Below are positions 1 through 15,000 of a stretch of DNA of 64,000 nt, piece after piece. The notes beneath the pieces are model-generated. The model was not told where the DNA came from and did no database searches. It saw only the letters and a list, made by a program, of their open reading frames with translations. Where the stretch lies: positions 62,001-126,000 of the forward strand of contig JBEUKZ010000014.1 in the NCBI GenBank assembly GCA_048128005.1, given 5' to 3'. Origin of the DNA: Veleropilina oligotropha. Taxonomy: Eukaryota. Within the stretch, counting starts at the first letter, position 1. Every line of letters starts with the position of its first letter. Both the position numbers and the translations under genes were made by a program.

Positions 1-71
1 GACCAGATGAACATTTCTTTACTAAACTTGACTCCAGTTTGAAAAAAAATACTGCATTTGTGAAAAAATTG
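1..71 (+). CDS. UPF2: UPF2 exon (partial; [23 protein letters not shown])
   Basis: Motif match; GTAAGT donor at 72. Confidence 0.93.
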
Positions 72-3000
72 GTAAGTGTTGTCTTTAAACCTATATGGAT
101 GTCATTAAAGTGAGTTTGCTTGAGAATAAGATTTGAAGTTATTCTGCTACACTATGCATTTTCTAATTATATTATGTTTTATTTCGTAAATATTATTTAC
201 TTATAATTATACTGTAATGTTGGAGATACCCTTGTATAGAATGACATTGTACCTGTTTATTGTTACTCTAGAAAAATCTAACAGAGTCACAGAAAGATTC
301 TCTTGCTAAGGAATATACAGGCTTGAATCTGACGAAGTATATTGGAGAAGTGGTGAGTGTAATATTGACATCAAAAGATGTTTTCATATATTTGACCTTC
401 AGGTTCATACCAGGGCATATCCATATTATCGTAGGAAGAAAGCCCGTCGCTTGGAAAACCGATCTCACCTGGCAGTTATGGACAACGGTGACTGTTAATG
501 AACAAAATACCCAGCCAAGGATCGATATAAACCAACTCCTGTTAGCAGTCAAGCGACGGAATTGAGAGCCCACAATCATATACCCTCGGCTATCGGTGCG
601 CCCTCTTCATACATATCACTATATAATATATTTCATATTTCTCGAGAGCAATGAACGATATTTGTTTAACGTGTCTGATTGACTGCATGCGCTACAATTG
701 GACCAATATTAATGACAGATACTGCCTGACTGTGTTTATTGTTGTGAAATATACTGCGTCTCCGTTTCCATGCAGGCCGGTGCCATCACCGAAGCCAAGT
801 TGAAGCTGTCCGACGTCAGCACGGGGATCCATCTCTGCTCCCTCATCCACCAACGCTACGTAGACTTTGCTACCGCTCTCCTGGACCACTGGCAGAAATA
901 CTTCCTGACCAAGAAAGATGAAAAGGTTTGAGCATTTCGATTTATTTGTCATGGTTGGTATGATTTTGACATTCCGAATGACTGTGGTTTTAACGGTGGA
1001 CATTATAATTTCAATGCATTCTTTTCATATCTTTGTTAATATTGTAAGGTTATATGAACTAAGTTTTCTGCTGTGATTGTTTGACCCCTTTGTGTGTAAT
1101 GGATATATCAAAGATTGTCTCCATTTTCATTTTGGATATGTATCATTTATTTTGACAGTCGACATTTCTTTCTTAATCTGTAACTAAAAACTGGTTGGCA
1201 TTATGCAGATTTTGCTTCAAGTTGATGATTGAATGTTTTTGCCACACTTGCCGTCATCATAATCATACAATTCCTGTCCTTCAAGATTTCCAATCCAAGC
1301 AAGTACCGTGTAGACCTTCGCTTCTTTGCTGAGCTAGTGTCTGTGGGGGTGTTCACCAACAAAGAGGGCCTCAGCGTCTTGGCCAATCAGCTGTCCATCT
1401 TGGTCAACAGTGACAAAGACGAACACAGCAATTTGTCCATCCTGTCAAGCTTTGTCAAGCACTGTGGCGACGACTACGCAGGGCTGATACCGAGGAAATG
1501 TCGACAGCTGATCGAAAAGTACGGCCTAGAGATTGAGAGAAGCAAGGTAAGGGAAATGTAAGCAGTGCTCGACATAGCCGGTCGCCCGCTTGCCAGCGGC
1601 GAGTAAATGTCCATTTGGGCGACTACAGACAGTAAAAACAACGATAGTTACTGGCCCGAATAATGCCATTATGGCGAGTGGAATCTGTGGGAGTCAAAAG
1701 TTTCACCCCATAAACGATAGGATAAATCAATAAACGGACTTATGAAATCGTGTTTCGTTTCATTTTCAATACTTTTATACAGCTAATATCGTTTGATGCG
1801 TCGCGACAATCTTCAAATGTTGTCCGACATTTTGGACATCGACTTAAAAGTTTATAGTGTTCTTGCAGCGAGTGTATCAAATACCCATTGACTATTTCCG
1901 TACATTGCCGAGAAGTGGTTTTCGGAACCCGTTGCTGTTTTCTCGTACTCTTTATTGCCATTCTACTTATCGTCGGTCATTTCCGTATATTCCGGTTTTG
2001 AAACGAAGAGACTTTCACGGAACCACGCGGCGACATTTTCACTGCTTTAGTAACATTTACGTTGAAATAAACATTTAAACAAGTGAAAAATAGCAGATTT
2101 AGTAACTAAAGTAATTTTTATATGATATAATTTTACGTTTTATCCTGATATACGTATAAAATGCAAGCCTACCTTCAAGGCACATTACATTTCTATAATA
2201 ACAAGGGAGATAACCTGGTGTGACGACTACATTAACTCTTTAGCGTCCTAGTTTATTTTGGGAAATCATTTCGCGATCTAGGTACACGTCATAAATACTA
2301 CTGTATAAGGTATAATATCAGTCATAACTATACAAAACTATATATCAAAAGAAAGAATACTGGATATGCTTTCATTTGGTGATATTTATTATAGTATATT
2401 AGCAAGTTGTTGATATATTTTGAAAGTGGCAGGACAGTGTTGATGACGTGAAGAAAAAATATAATTTTTAAACATAATATTGATTTTGGACAGAAATGTA
2501 AAAAATAATAACCATTTATACATAGTTTGTCTTATAAGACAAACTATGTATAAATGGTTATTATCAAATGAAACAGTGTTCAATTAACAACACTTTGCAG
2601 CAAAGAATTCATCTTATTTTCTAAAATATAGATGAAATATAACTATATTACAAAATCCACGTTTTGGGGGAACATATTCCAAAATTTATATATTTGTGAT
2701 ATTGGGTGAAAACAAAAATGTGTGTGCATGGAAAATTATTTATTTTCATATATATATGTATATTCATTCTTATATTATATTATTAGGGCTATTCCATTTA
2801 AATTCGTATCCCCCCCAAGGGCGGCAGCTCAATTGTTAATTCCAAGGTGGTTGGTATCGGGAATTTGTCAAATTCCAGGGTGGTTGGTATTGGGAATTTG
2901 CGAAATTTCAGGGTGATTGAGGTGGTGAATTTTCGCTGCTATATATATGAAGGGTGGTTGGTAACTTTAAACTTATATTATTTTAGAAGTGTTGGTGGTC

Positions 3001-6000
3001 AGAAATGTGTATGATGCATAGGTTGTCGTTTGGTTGTCATGTATGATGCTGTGTCGTATCCATTTCACAATGTAATACACTATTTAATTATTGTTACTTG
3101 TGTAAATACGACGTAATAAACTATTTAACTACTGTTACTTGCCTTTATGTGCATGAATAAACCTTATTTTCACCACTTGTTTGTTCAACTTTATTCCGTT
3201 ATAAGTCCGAAACCCTGTCAAACTTCCGTCAGCCATGCTTGTTCGTCAGGAAGTTCTTTGTCGAGTTCAATGAAAGCGAACGTTAGCTAACGTTACCTAT
3301 AACGCTTTCTGATATAATGAACGCCAGTTGACACTTCAGTTACAGCTACATAACCATCTTAAAATTAATTAACCACCCTGATTTTCAACCAAAGTTGTTA
3401 TTAGCTCGACTATTTTAAAATAGTACGAGCTATTGCAGTCACCCTGTCGTCGGCGTCGGCGTCGGCGTTGGCGTCAAACTTCAGGTTAACATTTTGCATG
3501 AAGGGTCTTTTCTCACAATTTTTCAAACTACAACTTTCAAACTTCATACACTTGTTCAATGTCATTATGCGACCTTACATATTAGGCGTAATAACTCTGG
3601 CTTCGTTGTTTTACCAAATTATTCCCCTTTTTCGACTTCGACAATTCAGGTTAATGTTTTGCATGAAGGGTCTTTTCTCACAAATTTTTCACACTACACC
3701 TTTCAAACTTCATACACTTGTTCAACGTCATTATGCGACCTTACATTACAGGCGTAATAAATCTGGCTTCGTTATTTTACCAAATTATTCCCCTTTTTCG
3801 ACTTAGACAGTTCAGGTTAATGTTTTGCATGAAGGGTCTTTTCTCACAAATTTTTCACACTACACCTTTCAAACTTCATACACTTGTTCAACGTCATTAT
3901 GCGACCTTACATTACAGGCGTAATAAATCTGGCTTCGTTATTTTACCAAATTATTCCCCTTTTTCAACTTAGACAATTCAGGTTAATGTTTTGCATGAAG
4001 GGTCTTTTCTCACAATTTTTTCACACTACACCTTTCAAACTTCATACACTTGTTCAACGTCATTATGCGACCTTACATTACAGGCGTAATAAATCTGGCT
4101 TCATTATTTTACCAAATTATTCCCCTTTTTCGACTTAGACAATTCAGGTTAATGTTTTGCATGAAGGGTCTTTTCTCACCAATTTTTCACACTACACCTT
4201 TCAAACTTCATACACTTGTTCAACGTCATTATGCGACCTTACATTACAGGCGTAATAAATCTGGCTTCGTTATTTTACCAAATTATTCCCCTTTTTCGAC
4301 TTAGACAATTCAGGTTAATGTTTTGCATGAAGGGTCTTTTCTCACAAATTTTTCACACTACACCTTTCAAACTTCATACACTTGTTCAACGTCATTTTGC
4401 GACCTTACATTACAGGCGTAATAAATCTTCTTCGTTATTTTACCAAATTATTCCCCTTTTTCGACTTAGACAAGTCAGGTTAATGTTTTGCATGAAGGGT
4501 CTTTTCTCACAATTTTTTCACACTACACCTTTCAAACTTCATACACTTGTTCAACGTCATTATGCGACCTTACATTACAGGCGTAATAAATCTGGCTTCG
4601 TTATTTTACCAAATTATTCCCCTTTTTCGACTTAGACAATTCAGGTTAATGTTTTGCATGAAGGGTCTTTTCTCACAAATTTTTCACACTACACCTTTCA
4701 AACTTCATACACTTGTTCAACGTCATTTTGTGACCTTACATTACAGGCGTAATAAATCTGCTTCGTTATTTTACCAAATTATTCCCCTTTTTCGACTTAG
4801 ACAAGTCAGGTTAATGTTTTGCATGAAGGGTCTTTTCTCACAATTTTTTCACACTACACCTTTCAAACTTCATACACTTGTTCAACGTCATTATGCGACC
4901 TTACATTACAGGCGTAATAAATCTGGCTTCGTTATTTTACCAAATTATTCCCCTTTTTCGACTTAGACAATTCAGGTTAATGTTTTGCATGAAGGGTCTT
5001 TTCTCACCAATTTTTCACACTACACCTTTCAAACTTCATACACATGTTCAACGTCATTATGCGACCTTACATTACAGGCGTAATAAATCTGGCTTCGTTA
5101 TTTTACCAAATTATTCCCCTTTTTCGACTTAGACAATACAGGTTAACATTTTGCATGAAGGGCCTTTTCTCACAAAGTGTTCACACTACAGCCTTGAAAC
5201 TTCATACGCTTGTCACATCATTATGCGAACTTGCAATACAAGGGCCATAACTCTAGCTTCATTTTTACCAAATTATTTCCATTCATCGATCCAGCTTTTG
5301 ATAGTCGAGCATGCTGTCCTTCTGACAGCTCTTGTTTTGGATTACAGGATGAAGAAACAGTTATCGAAATACCAAAATGCTGAAATACTATGCTATTCTG
5401 TCACATCAATTTTATCTTATATTATGTTTTCTTAACATTTAAACTAACATAATAATATATTATGCAAAATAACACAAGTTACTAAAAGCAATATTTTGTT
5501 TTTATTTGTATTGATATGATATACTTCAGGTAATTCAATGATTGCCAATGTGCTGACATGAAAGTTTTAATCACAACACTGAACACATTTCTTGATAATT
5601 GACTTACTGTCATCACAATTAATTCATTAACTGTGCAGTTGAATGGAAAATAGCCTAGGCTCTAATCTGTTGTGTAGTTGAGCACATACTCTGCAGCCAT
5701 GTTGTGTTAGCCGACTGTTCTCTTTCCGTTCGCTGTACTTTTGTTCAGAAGAACGTTCACTGTCATTGAACTCACCCATGGTCTCGCAGAAAACTGGACT
5801 TCAGTCAACTTCTTTACATAGTGGCATTTCTTCTAAGTTCTTATAAATTGTTTATTTTTTTCTTTTCGTTTGCCGCCCTCAAAAGCTATTATTTTCTTCT
5901 TAATTTACATATTATTTTGATTAAGACTCTGATTAATAGTTTGTGACTCCCAAATGCATGCAAATGTCGCAAAATAAATTTGACATTCAATCCTTTATTC

Positions 6001-9000
6001 ACAATCGGTCTATCATCCGCCATCTTGGTCGCGCGGAGTGTAACCTACGAAGGTTGCACGCCGTGTGCAAAACGTTTTCAGAAAGCGCTAGATGTAATTG
6101 AACGGCTAAACGCAAAACGTTTTGTGATTTAGACAAAACGTTTTCATCCTGAACGCACGGCAGATGCCAGCTTCTTGAATACAGGCTAATGTTATATGAA
6201 CGCATCATGTTTCTTCATAGGTTTATATCCAATGTAATCGTCGCTATATATGGATGCTATTGAAATCTCATGAAGTCATGCTTTCATATGAGATTAAGCT
6301 TATCCAAAACAAATATAGCTGAAGGAAATTTGACCAGTTTAAATACAGTACGAAATCAATCTTTCGAGCGATAAAATGACTTATAACGGAATAAAATTAG
6401 GCAAGCAAGGCACGAAAAGATTGTTTATTCACATATATACAGGCAAGTAAAAACAAAAACGGACATTAATTCATAAACAGTAGTGGTTTATAGACATAAT
6501 TATTTCATTTTTACAAAATTTGCGAACGATTCCCTTAAAAACACAGGGTGGTTACTCGATGACATTTTTATTATTGAAGGGTGGTTGTCACACAGAGTTA
6601 AAAAATTTAATAAACAGGGTGGTTACAGATAACAATTTGCTGATATTGAAGGAGGTTCCACAAGGAAAAAATTCGAAATCCACGGTGGTTGGTCCTAGAT
6701 TTTTTTGCCGCCCTTGGGGGGTACAAATTTAAATGGAATAGCCCTTATCTATTGTGGCACAGTCTAATATCAGAATAAAAGAAGATACGAATCTCTATTG
6801 GATGGTTATTGTTTATCTGCCACGCCCCCTTTTTGAAATGTAATATTTTCACCATCACCTGTTTGGTAATCAAGCATATGACCTTAAGTTTGTGGCCCGA
6901 CATGTCGCTATCTTCGGTGGAATCTAGGTCGCTATCGTATTCTCTGTCAGAATCATCTTTCCCAAGTATTTGTAATGCCTCTTCCAATTTATATTGTTTC
7001 CTTGGAGCAGACATATTGTTGGCAGCTCTAACCCGGATGTCAAAAAGTAAATTTCGATATGTTGCTTATGGATATTTCATTCTCAGTGATAAAAAAACGA
7101 AAATGGCGACCCTGTCTCGTTCAATACTTGAAGATGATAGATAACGGAATAAAGAAATGCGCTATTGAAAATTAGCAACCCATGACAACATAATTATATA
7201 CTTAGTGCATTACTTCTATGCGGTCGAAAACAACCGTCCGGGGCACTAAAGAGTTAAGCAGCTAAGGTACAAAATTAATTTTGATGTGCAGTGATTTATG
7301 ACAGAGTTAATGCCTTTGTTATTTATCTTTTCTGGAGCATATCTCTTATATCGCTTGACTTTTTCTTACGAATCAGTAGTTATGCCACCACCAATTTATT
7401 GGGGTGGCATTTAGATTTACTCTTGTCCGTCCCAAAACCAGTATTTGCGTGTAAGCAACTCCAATCGGCTATAACTTCTATTTGCCTTCATGGATTGACT
7501 TGATACTTTGTACACTTGCTTATCATCATTCATGCTTCGCTTCTGCGACCCATCCATGTCGCCGTATGGCCAAGGTCAAGGTCAAATGACTTAGCTCTTC
7601 AAACCAGTATTTGCGTGTAAGCAACTCCAATCTGCTATAACTTCTATTTGCCTTCATGGATTGACTTGATACTTTGTACACTTGCTTATCATCATTCATA
7701 CTTCGTTGCTAAAGGCTGCCAGTGGGGGCATCCGTGTCCGGTGGACACATTTCTAGTTGTATTCAGTTATTAGTTAACTGGTGCCTTTTGCCAATATTGA
7801 TGTGCTGCGATTATTGACAGAGTTATTTCCCTTATTATTTCTTAAAACAACGATGTTGCGCTTAGTGGTACTCTATTGTAGTTTCAAGAACATACTGCAT
7901 ATAGTAATTGTGAATGTACCATTGCGGGGATATTGATAGCTCTGTCTTCTTGCTTCAACTTAAATGCGCCGATCTAGTCGAAATTAGAACAAATGATATT
8001 TTGGACGTGGTCTTTTAAACCGCTGTGACGATTATTGATAAAGTTATTGTCCTGTTGCTATTTTAAAGCGCACGGCAAATATTTACAGAGTTATTGCCCT
8101 TTTCTCAAATTATTTAAAATGATCTTTTTTCGGACCATCTGTGCGCTGGGGGGATGTGTCATTTCCTGATGACTCTTGTTATATAGGGACCTCAGCCTGA
8201 GGAATTTACTAACATTATAAAATTGATTATTTTCACTTTTGGGCCACCAAAATGAAATTTGGGCCAGTAGATTTGAATAAGTGGTCGTCCCCCAAAAAAT
8301 TTCGGGCCCCACTGTCAAGCACTGGTAAGGCATATATATAGCAAAAGAAAGATCACCTTCTAGTGTGTGCTTCGTGAACTAGAATAACTTATTGTCACGC
8401 CTGTGATGTATATATTTTGGTATTGATTTGTATGTGAAAGCTACTGAATTGTGATTGTGTACATGTGTTCATATTTTAATTATTTAAGGCGATCCACTGA
8501 ACATTGTTTCATTGCATAATAAAAGAGATGTGTACATTGAACATATTAATTTAGCTGTTTTTGGAGACAAATATAAGAGATAGTTTATTCAAATGTGATA
8601 TATTTTCACCCCCTGGAAAGATTATCATGCAATATATTTGTGGTTCAATGAAGCTGGACTCCACACAAAATCTGCAAAGCGTCGACATTTCATACCCATG
8701 TTAAATTAAGTAGGTTCTAAAATTATTAAGTACTGCCATTCTGTTTGATTTATTTGTATCCTGTGGACATATTATACTTTGTTACAGATGTTAACCCCAG
8801 AGCGTCAGAAGGCTTGTCGCTACCTGCTGAAGGATTATTACATTTCGTTATGCAAGCATCTGAAGCAGAACCACAAGGAACTGAAGCAGATGGAGAAACA
8901 CAACCGGAAAATACTGCAGGTAGAAATGGCTGTATTTTCTGCTCATAGAGAGACAGCTATTCTTGACTTTTTATGACGGCATTAATTCTAACGCTTGTCT

Positions 9001-12000
9001 TAATGTGCGATGGTGTCAATGAGGTTATGTTTTCACCTGCATATGTCCTTTGTTTGTTTGTCGGTCTGTTATCAGATTTACTCAACAAGTTATCGATGGA
9101 TTTTGATGTAATTGTGTAGATGGATTAGACTTCGGCCAAGGACCAATCCATTAGATTTTGGTGGTGATTCAGATCTTGATCTACTTGTGATGACATCTTG
9201 AGACTCAAGAATGGAGTTTTGCTGTCTCGGACTGCACTTGTATATTGTCTTAATGGTATACCATATATACTGAATCAATACGTACCATCAGCCTACCAAC
9301 GAACTATAATGGTGGGAGATGCGCTGCTCCAAACAAGATCACTACACGATTAAAACATCTAGATTAGCAGTTGAAATATTGCCCAACTTTAAATTCTGGT
9401 GCAAAGTATATGCAGCTTTACATTATGTTCTTCAAAAATTTCTTAACAAATTCAAGTAAACATATTGCATTTGATTCTGTATTGTAGACTAAAGGAGAAT
9501 TATCCACTGAAAGAAGAGAAACATACGAAAGCTCTCTGAATTTGTATCAAAAGTTGCATGCGAACACTACCAATTTTGCTGTAAGTATTATGCATCACAT
9601 ATCTATTATTTTTGTATCCGACATATTTCTTTATTAATTGAAAAGTAGTAGTAAATCAAACTTGATTGTGTTACTGTTAGTATGAGTGGATTGCTTTTCA
9701 TTATGTCTGTGTATTGGCAATGCATATCATGCTTTTTATTCAATATCAACATTTACACCATTTATTACTATATATATATCTTACATTTAATTTTAGAGAT
9801 GATAATCTATAAGCCATCATATCTTTATGCAAAGAACACACATGCATACAGAAAGCCTCAGGTTAATTAACGTTAAATCCCATTTTACGGGACAGATTCG
9901 GGTTTAAAATGGCATCTTTAATCCAAAGCATATTTTCTTTTAGGATTTATTGGACGAAGATGTTCCTGAATTTCCTGAAGAAGGTGAATGCGTGCTTGAA
10001 TTCATTAGCCATAAATTTTACTGAGTTTAAATCACTGTAATGAACTTGTAACATATATATTATAAATATTAATTAAGTAATTTTGGATAAGTATTTTTTC
10101 CCTGTGAATATTCTTGATATGAAGTGGGGAACCATTGATAAAATAATATAATATATATATATATGATCACATCAGATTCAGTAATATATGTTTTGATTGT
10201 AAAATCATGGCATCATGTTTTGATTTATGCCATTTTCAATAGTGATAATCATAAGAAACATTCTCATCACACAAAAGCAACTGATATCTTGGTGTTAGTA
10301 TTTACGCACTGACACGACAATTCAACCAATGCTATTATTTCATCCAGCTGACTATATAGACTAAATATAATGTAAACATACTGTTACTTAAGTGCATTCG
10401 AAATTTGTCAATTTCGTATTAAAAAACAATACACATATTTTGCAGAAGTTGTCAGATGGCTTTCAATGTTATTGTTGATAATTACCATTTATTAATATTG
10501 GTTTCCATATTTATAGAATCTCGACAAGACGATGGAATGATATTTGATTTGATGAATCCCCTGAAGAGTGGCGAGGTATGGATAAATTTTATATTTTTAT
10601 GATTCGTCTTCAATTTCCAATCGTATTATGCATGAAGCGTTCGGGTCATGTACTTCACTTGTCAATCTGTTTACTTTTTAGTTGGGGGTGTAGCTAATGC
10701 CTATGTCACAAATACACCGGTCGCCGTGCGATGGAGGGTAATCGTATGGCGTCCCGGCTTCCCCGACATCGGGGAAGAATCGTAGGTTTCTGGCAAAAAT
10801 CTGCGCCATGGTCACATTAGATACGGTGCTAATGCCTATGTCACAAATACACCGGTCGCCGTGCGATGGAGGGTAATCGTATGGCGTCCCGGCTTCCCCG
10901 ACATCGGGGAAGAATCGTAGGTTTCTGGCAAAAATCTGCGCCATGGTCACATTAGATACGGTGCCCGTACGGGCTAACGCAATTTTGCCGTCGGTCAAAT
11001 CGTGCGAACATCGTAACATTACATTACGATTACCGTAAGTTCACCTTGCGATCCCCGTGCGGTCACCTTACAACTTTCGCATTTTGTCCCGACATCGTAA
11101 AGCTGCCGTGCGGATGACCTACGGGCTTCCTACGATTTCTTGCGGAGTAAGGTAACCGCAAGGCATCCTTGCGATGAGTTCGTGATGTCAAAATCGTACG
11201 ATTTTTAAAAAATTATAACTCCGCGTTAAATGTTGCCGATGACCCTACGATGCCCCCAAAATAGGCGAAAATGTCGCCGATGTCCGCAGGATGTCGCCGA
11301 TAACCGTACGACATATTCAAAAACACACATCGTACGGGTGCCGTATCTGCTTACGATGTATTTGTGACATAGGCATTAGTAGTTACGATGCTGTACTATC
11401 TGACCTGGTGCGCTGAGAATTTTTCTCAAATATTTGCAGTCTCCATTTGATCTAGTACAGTGGATTCCGCTTATTTGCATAGCGAGATTGTCGCGATTAT
11501 TTATGCAATTAACCAGATTATGTGTTTAACCGTTAGGTAAATTTCGGAAATTGAATTCGCCGGAAATCATCGATGATATTTACTTGTATTTAAAATGGTT
11601 CTTTATTTTAAATATATGTCCTGGTAATAAATTTATTTGCAAAGGAGAATTTGCGTAATGAATTTTTCCTTCCATGAATACGGATTGTATACACAATATT
11701 TTGTGGTTATTCTGACCTGAAGGTGACTAGCCTGTTTCAGTAGAATTGATATATGTTTCGAAAGCGTATCGTTGCATTTTATAGATTACTATGGTGTGGA
11801 AATTCATATTCTGAACGTTTCTCTTCTGCTGAACACTTGTCGCGTTATTGGCCGCCATGTTTTAATCTCGAATCGATTTGTCTTTACAATTATTGACTAA
11901 TTATTTCTTGCGATATTTAATTATTTCAGTATATTATGATATGATATAAAAAAACTTATAAGGTCTACGTTGTCTTCATATATAAATTAAAATAATAATT

Positions 12001-15000
12001 AAATCACCATAGTTCTCAACGACGACGCTACGTCTACGAGACAAATCAGGGGAGATAATATTTTTAATTTTGTAATTTTTTTAAGAAAAGACACGTGTTG
12101 TTGTTGTCTTATGTTATTTATCGGCGAACTAAGTGTTGTTCACATGAATACATGTAACGGCATCTTTTACATTGATTCGTAAGCCTAATCTTTGATTTTG
12201 CGTTCCGATAAACCCAAAAGTCTGTCATTTGGACGCGGGACAAAAGATTTTTAATCCGATTATCCACTGTATCGATCGATATCCGCCATCCCATAATATC
12301 CCCGATTGACATCGCTCACTTCCGTAACATTTCTGCACTGAAACGATGTTTACCGAACTTTTAACGATTTTATTGTTTTGTCAATTATGCAGTCGAAATT
12401 ATTGTATGCAAATAAGCGCAAATCCGGTAATTATGCATGCAATTAAGTGATTATTTGCATATGATAATAATAGTAAACTATTCTGTTCCTGCAGATTTTA
12501 TGCAAATATCCGAAATATGCAATTAAGCGTTATGAAATTAAAGGGAATCCACTGTATCCGTCTATTGGATAGATCTAGAGGAATTAAACAGGGGCTTTGA
12601 CTATTAGCGTTTTGTTTCAGTTGTACATTCCTGTAGGTGCAGATATATTACAAATATTGTGGCATTGATGCATATACATATTAGCAAGTCACATGTGATC
12701 ATGGTGATATTACTATTGGTGACGTTTCCTATTTGTAATCACGTCCATTTTATGAGGAACAACATGTCCAAGTGGATATGATGGTGATTTACACAGCTCA
12801 GAGTACTGGGTGTTCAGTGGGTATACTGCTCTCGGGTAGTCGTGTGGTATCGAGTGCCAACTCTGAAATCGATTGCGTTAACTAACAGGAGCAAGTTGGA
12901 ATCTTGGTTGGGCATTGACATTCGTTCTTCAGTTATCAATCGCAGTTTTCCATAACTCGCCGGAGAGGGCCCTTTCCCGGAGCGACCAGGCTTAAATTTC
13001 CTCTCGCGATAATATGGACATGTCCTATCTTGAACCTGGTGGTTGTAAATATATGTACAGGACATGAAGCATCAATATATCTATGTATACCTCCATCCAC
13101 TGCCATCTCTATTGCATAGTGGCATTCATTGAACCAATTATGACTGAAAAATCGTTGCTGTGATACATCAGTCCATTTTATGATACAGCTTCAATTACCT
13201 CCTTGTTAAATATAGCTGCTATTCCAGGCATGCCAGGGCGTGAAATGTATGGCTGTCCACCTGTCATCGACAAGTAAAATATACGGGTGATGGGTGAAAT
13301 CAAAATATACCTGTTGCATGCGACAGTTGTCATAAGATACTTGAAATACAATGTAGTCGTCCATATATATATATAACTTGTTTTCGACCATTTCTTATCA
13401 TATCTATGTCTACTCACTTTTATGTTTATTCTTGACAAACGGCTTGATAAGTAAAATAATCTGTCCACAACAAGTGCTGTTGTAGCGTTATGGCTTTACT
13501 GTTTTACATTGCCGATAAGCATATTCATCACTTCCTATGTGCGCATGCAAGTGACAGCCGACAACACATTCTTGTCATGGTCGATTATTAATTTATTTTC
13601 ATTGCGGTTGACACTCACTCGCTCGATAAACAGAAACCGTGACAATAAACAACTAAAATATTATTACAGTGGACTGATCAACTAACGTCATTAATTTATT
13701 TTCATTATTAAGCATATCGGTAATGAAATATAAACGTGAAAAGCAGCACTTGTTTTGTCTGACAAAATGATAAGCCTGCATTGATATAGGGGAAACGCTG
13801 TCGCGAGGGATGCATGTTTGTGGATGGTCATTAAGATTTAATGGAATACATCTTTATTATTATAAATGTATTAAATGTTGATTTAGACTCATTGCTCCAA
13901 ATTATATTTTAGGGCGTTATCACTTCAAGAACTAATTACTAATTTTAAAATTGATGTCCTTTTTACAAGAAGCTAATATATTTTATAAAATTTAACCCTT
14001 TTACTTTTACAAATCTGCTATATTTATATTGATCCAACTGTATATGTCTCATATGTGAGTACTGTTTCTAATATATCTAGTAATTTGAGCCTTTCCTTTC
14101 AATCGATTTAATTATGACTGACATATATTTGGCATGGTCGTTAAACATCAAATCAATAATTTAATTACATAATGCATGTTAAATATAAGTTAGTTATATA
14201 ACTTGTTTAAATTATCAGACACTTTTACTGTTCCAATATCCATTGAGTGAGGTGTTAGATGAGAACAAAAAACACAACATGACTAACTTATAGTTATGGA
14301 CACTATATTTCTCGAAGATTACATGTACAGGTAGAAATATGTTTGAGACGGGTAAGAAAAATATGTACCTGTCACATGTGACAGGTGGCAGCAAACAAAC
14401 ATTTCGTGCCCTGTATTCACACCAGCATTGTAACAGTGGGAGAAGTTTTTTTCTAGTACATAAAACTCTCAATATAACACTCTATTTAAAACTATCAATT
14501 CATGTTGGATCAACACTCTCCTTTCCACTTTATTTGTCTATTGAAATATTGACAGATTCATATTTCCTCAATATAGATCCTTCTTTAGACATAATATTGT
14601 ATTCTATAATTACGTTCTTGATTCTGGCTTATGCAATAATTATATATTCCAAATTTGACTTCAGTTTCAGTATGAGGGGGACACCACTTTGTTTGAAGAC
14701 GAAGACACCCGCTGCTTTTATGAAACGCTTCCTGACTTGAGAGCTCTCATTCCTGGAGTAAGTTTGCTCTAATTTGTTATTTACCACACTGCACATTCAT
14801 AGCATCCACTTTCATTCGGACGACCTTGCTTTCCTCCCGCGATAATATGGATATGTCCTGCACTGAACCTAAAGGTTGGGAAATGTCCTTGAACCTAAAG
14901 GTTGGGCAATGTCCTTGAACCTAAAGGTTGGGTAATGTCCTTGAACCTAAAGGTTGAGCAATGTCCTTGAATCTAAAGGTTGTAAATATATCAGACATTA

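Larger units (their letters stand above)
2786..6744. mobile_element. Non-autonomous TIR element with TTA TSD (Zator- or Harbinger-type)
   Basis: ~40-bp TIR GGGCTATTCCATTTAAATT..CCCCCAAGGGCGGCA; TTA on both sides. Confidence 0.8.
2236..7253 (-). mobile_element. piggyBac-type deletion derivative
   Basis: TTAA on both sides, TIR CTCTTTAG(C/T)G..CC; residual acidic ORF 6745-7014 (-) resembling a piggyBac transposase N-terminus. Confidence 0.7.
1563..8324. mobile_element. Non-autonomous hAT-like element with 5-bp TSD (outer shell of nest)
   Basis: Termini CAGTGCTCGACA / TGTCAAGCACTG, both flanked by GTAAG. Confidence 0.65.

Noticed and set aside
3468..5250. Series of near-identical 84-139 aa ORFs
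   Set aside because: Artefacts of the 166-bp satellite; the frame shifts with each unit.
3480..5290. CRISPR-like array
   Set aside because: Whole units repeat with no unique spacers; eukaryotic context and no cas genes.
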